Shown here: positions 57,870 through 64,000 of the stretch, piece by piece | Layout of the letters: the number at the start of each line of letters is the position of its first letter | Position numbering within the stretch: the stretch's first letter is position 1 | Source: the human T2T-CHM13v2.0 reference genome, Homo sapiens | Length of the DNA stretch: 64,000 nucleotides | NCBI RefSeq assembly: GCF_009914755.1 | Contig: NC_060937.1 | Reading direction: 5' to 3' (one strand) | Program-made: the position numbers and the translations under genes | The notes under the pieces: generated by a model | Told to the model about the DNA's origin: nothing | The model's input: only the letters and a program-made list of their open reading frames with translations | Database searches by the model: none

Positions 57870-58680
57870 AAGAATGCTCAACATCACTAGTCATTAGGGA
57901 AATGCAAATCAAAGCACAGTGAGCTACTACTTCACACCTATGAGGATGGTTATTATTTAAAAAAAAAAAAGAAAATAGCAAGTGTTGATGAGAATGTGGA
58001 GAAATGGAAACAGTTGTGCACCATTGGTAGGAATGTAAAATGCTGCTGCTGCTGCTGTGGAAAACAGTATGGTGGTTCCTCAAAAAATCAAACATAGAAT
58101 TATCATCTGATCCTGCAATCTCACTTCTGGGTTTGTATCCAAAAGCAGTGAAAGCAGGGACCGAAACAGGTATTTGTAGACCTCTGTTCACAGCAGCATT
58201 ATTCACAATGGCCAAGAGATAGAAGCAACCTAACTGCCCACTGACACTTGGATGAATGGATAAACAAAATGAGGTCTGTACATAACAGTGGAATATTATT
58301 CAGCCTTGGGAAGGAAATTCTGACACGTGCTACAACATGGATGAACCTTGAGCATATTAGCGTATTATGTTAAAGGAAATAAGCCAGTCATAAAAAGACA
58401 AATACTATGTGATTCCATTCAGATGAGGCACCTAGGGTGGTGAAATTCATAGACGAAAAGTAGAAGGGTGGTTGCCAGGGGTTGGGGATAGCAACATGGG
58501 GGAATTGTTTAATAGGTATAGAGTTTTAATTTTGCAAGGTGAAAAGAGTTCTGGAGATGGATGGTGGTGATGGTTGCAGAACAATGTACTTACTGCCACT
58601 GAACTAGTGAATACATTTTAAAATGATTAAAATGGCAAATTTAATGTTTTGGATATCTTACCATAAAACCATAATCTTAA
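57870..58680 (+). mobile_element. L1MB 3' fragment
   Basis: aatgctcaacatcactagtcattagggaaatgcaaatcaaa...gagttctggagatggatggtggtgatggttgc. Confidence 0.9.
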
Positions 58681-58939
58681 GAAAAATTCAAGGGGTGTGA
58701 GCTAAAGCCAGCAGGTTTTTTACCTGCAAATCCGAGGCAGGGTGGCTGTCATCTCCTTCAGGTGAGTGTGAACAAGGCACCTATGCAGTGGGTGATTCCT
58801 CACACAGAGGTCCCTGGCAGGTCCACCTCTCTATCGCTCCAGAGTGGCCCGACTTCTCTCATATGCCATCACTTGCATGACCATCAAGCTAATCTGCCTG
58901 CTACATGCATTGTCATTCACTTACAGTGACCATCTTCTG

Positions 58940-59250
58940 TAACTTCTGTCCAGGACAGTGGCCAGAAGCCATGTGTGGCTGTTGTGCACTTCCAATGTGG
59001 CTCATCCAAGTTGAGGTGTGCTGTAAATGTAAGATGCACACTGGATTCTGGAGCCTTAATCTGAAAAAATATATGATGTAAAATACCTTGTTAATAATTT
59101 TATATTGATAGTATGTTGAAATAACATTGGGGTCAATGAAATGTATTATTAAAATTAATCTCACTTGTTTGATTTGAATTTTTTTGTTGTGGCTACTAGA
59201 AAATCTAAAATTTCATGGATGGCTTTCATTGTATTTCTGTTGACTAGCAT
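58940..59250. mobile_element. MER33 (hAT-Charlie)
   Basis: gtgtgctgtaaatgtaagatgcacactggatt...attattaaaattaatctcacttgtt...gtggctactagaaaat. Confidence 0.8.
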
Positions 59251-59254
59251 TTTT

Positions 59255-59395
59255 CTGGAGCAGCAGCACCATCTGAAAATGTGTTAGAAATGCAGATTCT
59301 TGGGTCCCACCCCAGGCCCTTGGAACCAGAAACTCTGGGGATGGAGCCAGCAATCTGTGTTTTAACATCTGCTCAAGTTTGAGAGCCAGGGCTCT
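59255..59395. mobile_element. MER5A
   Basis: tgttagaaatgcagattcttgggtcccaccccag...gcaatctgtgttttaaca. Confidence 0.8.
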
Positions 59396-61254
59396 AGAGC
59401 ACTCTGTCTCAATCAGTTTAACAACTACTAACACTAAACTAACAGGCTGCTTTATCACTGCTGCCAAGCACCTTGACCTTTAATCACAGCTTACCGCAGG
59501 AAGGACTGACTGCAGGTGCAGATTAGCACAGGCACTCGCAGCTGTTTGGGCGCTCTCTTGCTTTGCTCTGGATTCTCTGTCTCTCCACTCTCTGCTTATG
59601 TGGCTTCTCACCCACTTTGTTTCTTTACCTGTTTCCAGCTCTATGTTCAGTGGGCTTGACAACAGATTCCACTTTCCCTTCTCCTCGCTCCCTGGGGACA
59701 AAGGGAGTCCTTCTTGTCAGTTTCTGCTACTTGATGCACTTGAGTTAAGGACGATAGCTGAGCACTCATGTGAACTTTGCTGAATTCTGCATCGTGTCTT
59801 CATTTTGCTCAGGCAGGAAGGGAGGGGAAGATGTGAAGAATTAGGGGAAGGGTGCTAAATTATCATTGGTTTTGGAAATCTCATGCAGTTGAGAATCTCT
59901 TGGGAAAAATGAGACTCTAAATTTGTTCCTCTCTCCTTCTACCCCTCCTTTCCTTTCTTCCTTCTGGGGGAAATTTTGGTTTCTTCCTAGTATCCATAAA
60001 AGGGGTCTTTATGAGACTTCTGCATCTGGTTTTGATGAGACCAGATGTGTTTGAGCAAATCATTCACCTTCTCAGTGCTTCTACCTCCTGGTCCTTAAGG
60101 TAGAATTAACGGCTTCCAGTGCTGCATCACAGCTTGCAGCGCACTCTCTGTCATGGAGTGAAGGTCAGCGTGCCTACGATAGAGTTGTTTGGAAGCCCCG
60201 TTCTGGCACTGACATCTGATGGAGCTGTATTTGGGCTCTTTTCGAACCCCTATGACGTAATTTGTCAAATGAGGATAAAGGAGATCCTCAATACTTTCTA
60301 TAAAACCATCTGGGCCAAATATGTGCATGAATTTGCGCTTCAGGTTTTAAGATTGTGCCTGTGTTGTATATAACATGACATTCCTAAGGAAGGGCTAGGG
60401 CAGCGCCCTGTATCAGATACGTTATTTCTGAAGTGAAACATGGGCATTCACACTAAATGAGATTTCTCAAAAAGACTATAAATAGCTTCATACATTTGGG
60501 TTGTGTTTTCCTGTCAAATGAGTTATAAAAACAACCTCACAGCTTTTAGATCTTTTGGCATTCAGGATAATGGATAAGGGATTGTGGACTTTGGTAGTGC
60601 CTGTGTTGTCTGAAATAACAGAATAAACCCAGATTAGCAAATGTGTGGCTTTTATTTTGGAATGGCTGAGGAATGCCCCAGATTAGGAGAAGATTCCAAA
60701 GAGCTGATTCATGTGTCAACCTTTTGGAGTTGGTATTTTTGCCAACAACCTGAGAGAACTATATGTCAGTGTCCAGAAATATATATGGACATTCCCAGAT
60801 ATCGGAGCTTAATGTTAAGATTTTAACATTAAGACAGAAAAAGATTATCCAATTCAGACATATCTTTGAATCTGGCTGTATATGCATGCTACACAAAGTT
60901 TTATTTCTTTGAAAGCAGAACACAAGGTAGTTGCAAAAATCCACCACAGTGTCATAGGTTCATTGTGATGACTAAATGGGATACTGTACTGAAAGCAGTT
61001 AGCACAGAGTTTGGTCTTTAAAAATTCAATAAGTGATAATTTGGTATATTGTTATAATAACTGGGGATGTTAATAAGTAGCATTGTCTGTTGTCATTCCA
61101 GTTATAAATGCATTTTATCAAAATTTGTTCCTTATATTTTAAAATATTTTAGCAATCGAAGAAATGGTATTCTTTTTTTTTTTTTTTTAAAAAGCTTTAT
61201 CTTTGGTTTTTCTCTGGTTTTAATTCAGTGCCGTTGTTTAAGTCACTTCACCTC

Positions 61255-61620
61255 TGTGATGGTTAATTTTATGTGTCAGCTTGCCTAGGCCACGATGCCC
61301 GGATATGTGGTCAAAGATTATTCTGGATATTTCTGTGAGGGTATTTTTGGATGAGATTAACATTTAAATTGAAGGATTTTGGGTAAAGCAGATTGATCCT
61401 CCATGATGTGGGTGGGCCTCATCCAATCAGTTTTAGGCCTGGATAGCCCTCTCCTGAGCAAGAGGGAAGTCTGCCTACAGACAGCCTTTGGACTCCAACT
61501 GCAGCATTAGCTCTTCCCTGGTTTCCAGCCCGATGGCCCACCCTGCAGCTTTTGGACTTGCCAGCTTTCATAATTGTGCGAGCTAATTCTTTAAAATAAA
61601 TCTCAATCTCTTTCTCTCGA
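61255..61620 (+). mobile_element. MLT2 solo LTR, 3'-truncated
   Basis: tgtgatggttaattttatgtgtcagcttg...gtgggtgggcctcatccaatcag...ttaaaataaatctc. Confidence 0.9.
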
Positions 61621-62377
61621 ACTCTGATGAATGGACCTCTCTTGACCTTACTTGGTTTTTCTTCATTTATAGAAACGGAACATAGGAGATGATGGCTTCC
61701 AAAGTTTCCTTTAAGAGTGTGAGAAGTTATTTGGGTCTGAAGCAGCATCTAGGATGGCCCAGGCTTGGGTGGTTGGGAGGATGGGGGCAGGAAGGAGAAT
61801 GGGCCTTGGGAGCGGGCATAGATGGCAGGCTTAGTTGGGAGCTGTTGGGGCCTATGGGGATCCATATGGAGGTGTCCAGTACACATCTGGATGACAGTGG
61901 TCTTGAGGGTGATGGTGATTCATGGAGAGGTGTTAACAGACACAGGATGTAAGAACTTGCCTGCTGTGTAGAGCAGAGTCCCTGATGCATACACTAGGTG
62001 GGCACTGGCTTCCTGGCTTCAGAGCCCAGAGGGAAACGCAGCAGCTGGGACTCCCACTTAGTTGTATTAAACATGCTACCTCCAGTGTCCTGGAGACTGT
62101 GGCTGCATGCCTGCTTTCTCACCAGATGCAAAGAACTAAGACAAAACAACTCCTTAATGTTCACCGTGTCCCCTGATGAATTTTGGGCTACTCTCCCGAG
62201 CATAGAATCCTCTAACAGCACCAGGCATCAAGTTTGGCTGAGATCTGTTCCTGTAGAGTCCAAGTCTTAGATGGAGGCTTGAGCTGGAACAGCTTGGTAT
62301 TACTATTCCCTTTGTGAATAGTGACAATGTTAATAGCTGTGTCTGCTGATGTGTGTTCAGTGTTCATCACTCCAGAG

Positions 62378-62578
62378 CTGTGCTATCCACTAGGGAGCCA
62401 CTGGTCCCATGTAACTATTTACATTACAATTAAAATAATTAAATTAAGAATTTAATTATTCAGTCACAGTTGCCACATTGCAAGTGTTCAGTGGCTGCAT
62501 ATACCTGGTGGCTTCTGTATTGGACACCACAGATGTGGGACATTTTCATCCTCACAGAAAGTTGGCTGGACAGCCATG
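62378..62578. mobile_element. MER3 inside a MIR
   Basis: ctgtgctatccac...gccacattgcaagtgttcagtggc...gacattttcatcctcacagaaagtt. Confidence 0.75.
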
Positions 62579-64000
62579 CTCTAGTCCAGAGCTTTGTGTA
62601 CATTGTTATATACTCCCATGGTGTTTTGGAGTGGGAATTATTATCCCCAGTTTGTAGATGAAGATGTTGGGGCTTAGGCTGAATAATTGACCCCAAATCA
62701 CAGTTTTAAGTGACAAAGCTGGGAACTCAAAGCTGGACCCCTCGGACTCTCCTGGAGCTCTGGACTCGTCCACTGGATCTGGACTTGTCAGCCTACAGGT
62801 GGTAGTGAGCCTTGAGTGTGCAGGAAATCTTCCCTCCCTGTGGCAAGAGGCAACCCTGGGTGAAAAGATGGAGAAGAGTGGAGACACACAGAGGGTGTGG
62901 ACAGAGGCTCCAGAAGGATGCAGCACATCTAGTGCAGCACAGAGAGATCGAGTCGCATTGCACAGTGGCACCATGAGGTCATTGGTCTTTGCGAGGGCTG
63001 TTTCAGCCTACTAGAGGGGGAGAAAGCTGGATATCACGGCTTTGAGGAGTAAATGAGAGATGAGGGAGAGGAAGGAGATGGGGGTTGGGCAGCTAGAAAG
63101 AGACATGAAATGAAAAGACAGGACACTTTTAGGCTTGAGGAAGCTCGACCCTATTAATAGACTAAGGTAAAGACTGTGTGGGAACCAGGCTGGAAGCAAC
63201 TTTGGGGTGGGGGCCGTCCCTGAGACACATGCCCTGCCTGGAGGGGGCCACCACCATCCTGTCCCAGCTGATTGCTGCTGGGAGACCATATTAGCTTTCT
63301 GTTGCCAGAGTCCACACATCTGGATTTTTATGTGAAATGTGCCAAATTCTAAACACGTTTAAAATAACATGTGTTTCCATAAAAAGCACACATCCCGTTG
63401 CAGAACAATGTGAATGTCTTTAATGCTGCACAACTGTACACTTAAGAATGGTTAAAATGGTACAATTTTTGTGTTTTTTACCAAAAAACAAAAAGCACAT
63501 ACCACTGGGCCACTTTGGCACACAAGCTGTGAGTTTGTGACTTCTGGGCTAGGGGAATAGATCCTGCATTACTCTCTGCCTTGGCTGTGCAATAGAATCC
63601 TAAACCCCAGGCCATACCTTGGAACAATGAAGTCAGAATGTCTGGAGGAGGGACCCAGGTAGCAGAATTGTTTAAAATGAAAAAGTGATCTCATTTTACA
63701 GCCAATGTTGAAAAGGTGAAATAATTAGCAATTAGGATAGAGACAGGAAGAAACAGCATAAGAATCCATGTGTAGGGAACTTCTGTTTCTGGGACTGGAG
63801 GGACAAAAGTGAGGATGTATATGGATTATGCTAAATTAGGGGTGTGAGGATACCACAGCAAGATTAATGGAGAATTTCATGATGTCCAAGACTTGAGCTC
63901 AGCTATTCTTTAACTTTTCTAGTTGCAAAGTGGGAATGATATATGCACCTACCTGGCTATGTCATCATGTCTTTGTGCTTCTGAAAATCTGTTTGTTCCC

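Overview
Primate, almost certainly human, non-coding DNA. An AluYa5 at 40039-40351 carries all five Ya5 diagnostic positions. The window is largely interspersed repeats (Alu, L1, L2, MIR, L3/CR1, MaLR and ERV solo LTRs, hAT and TcMar DNA transposons) separated by repeat-poor unique blocks, and reads like the interior of one or more large introns. I could not identify the gene. None of the listed ORFs looks like a real protein; they are repeat-derived or chance ORFs. Two observations stand out. (1) A short L1PA 3' insertion at 6967-7615 has a 13-bp target-site duplication (TSD) that also encloses about 380 bp of locally templated host DNA: an inverted copy of the flank, a fold-back hairpin, a 30-bp piece resembling 9701-9730 and a 278-bp inverted copy of 8997-9274. 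(2) A candidate 15-nt, frame-preserving microexon at 49738-49752 (+) has the splice architecture typical of SRRM4-type neural microexons. Repeat subfamily names come from recalled consensus sequences, not an alignment, and boundaries of old elements are approximate.
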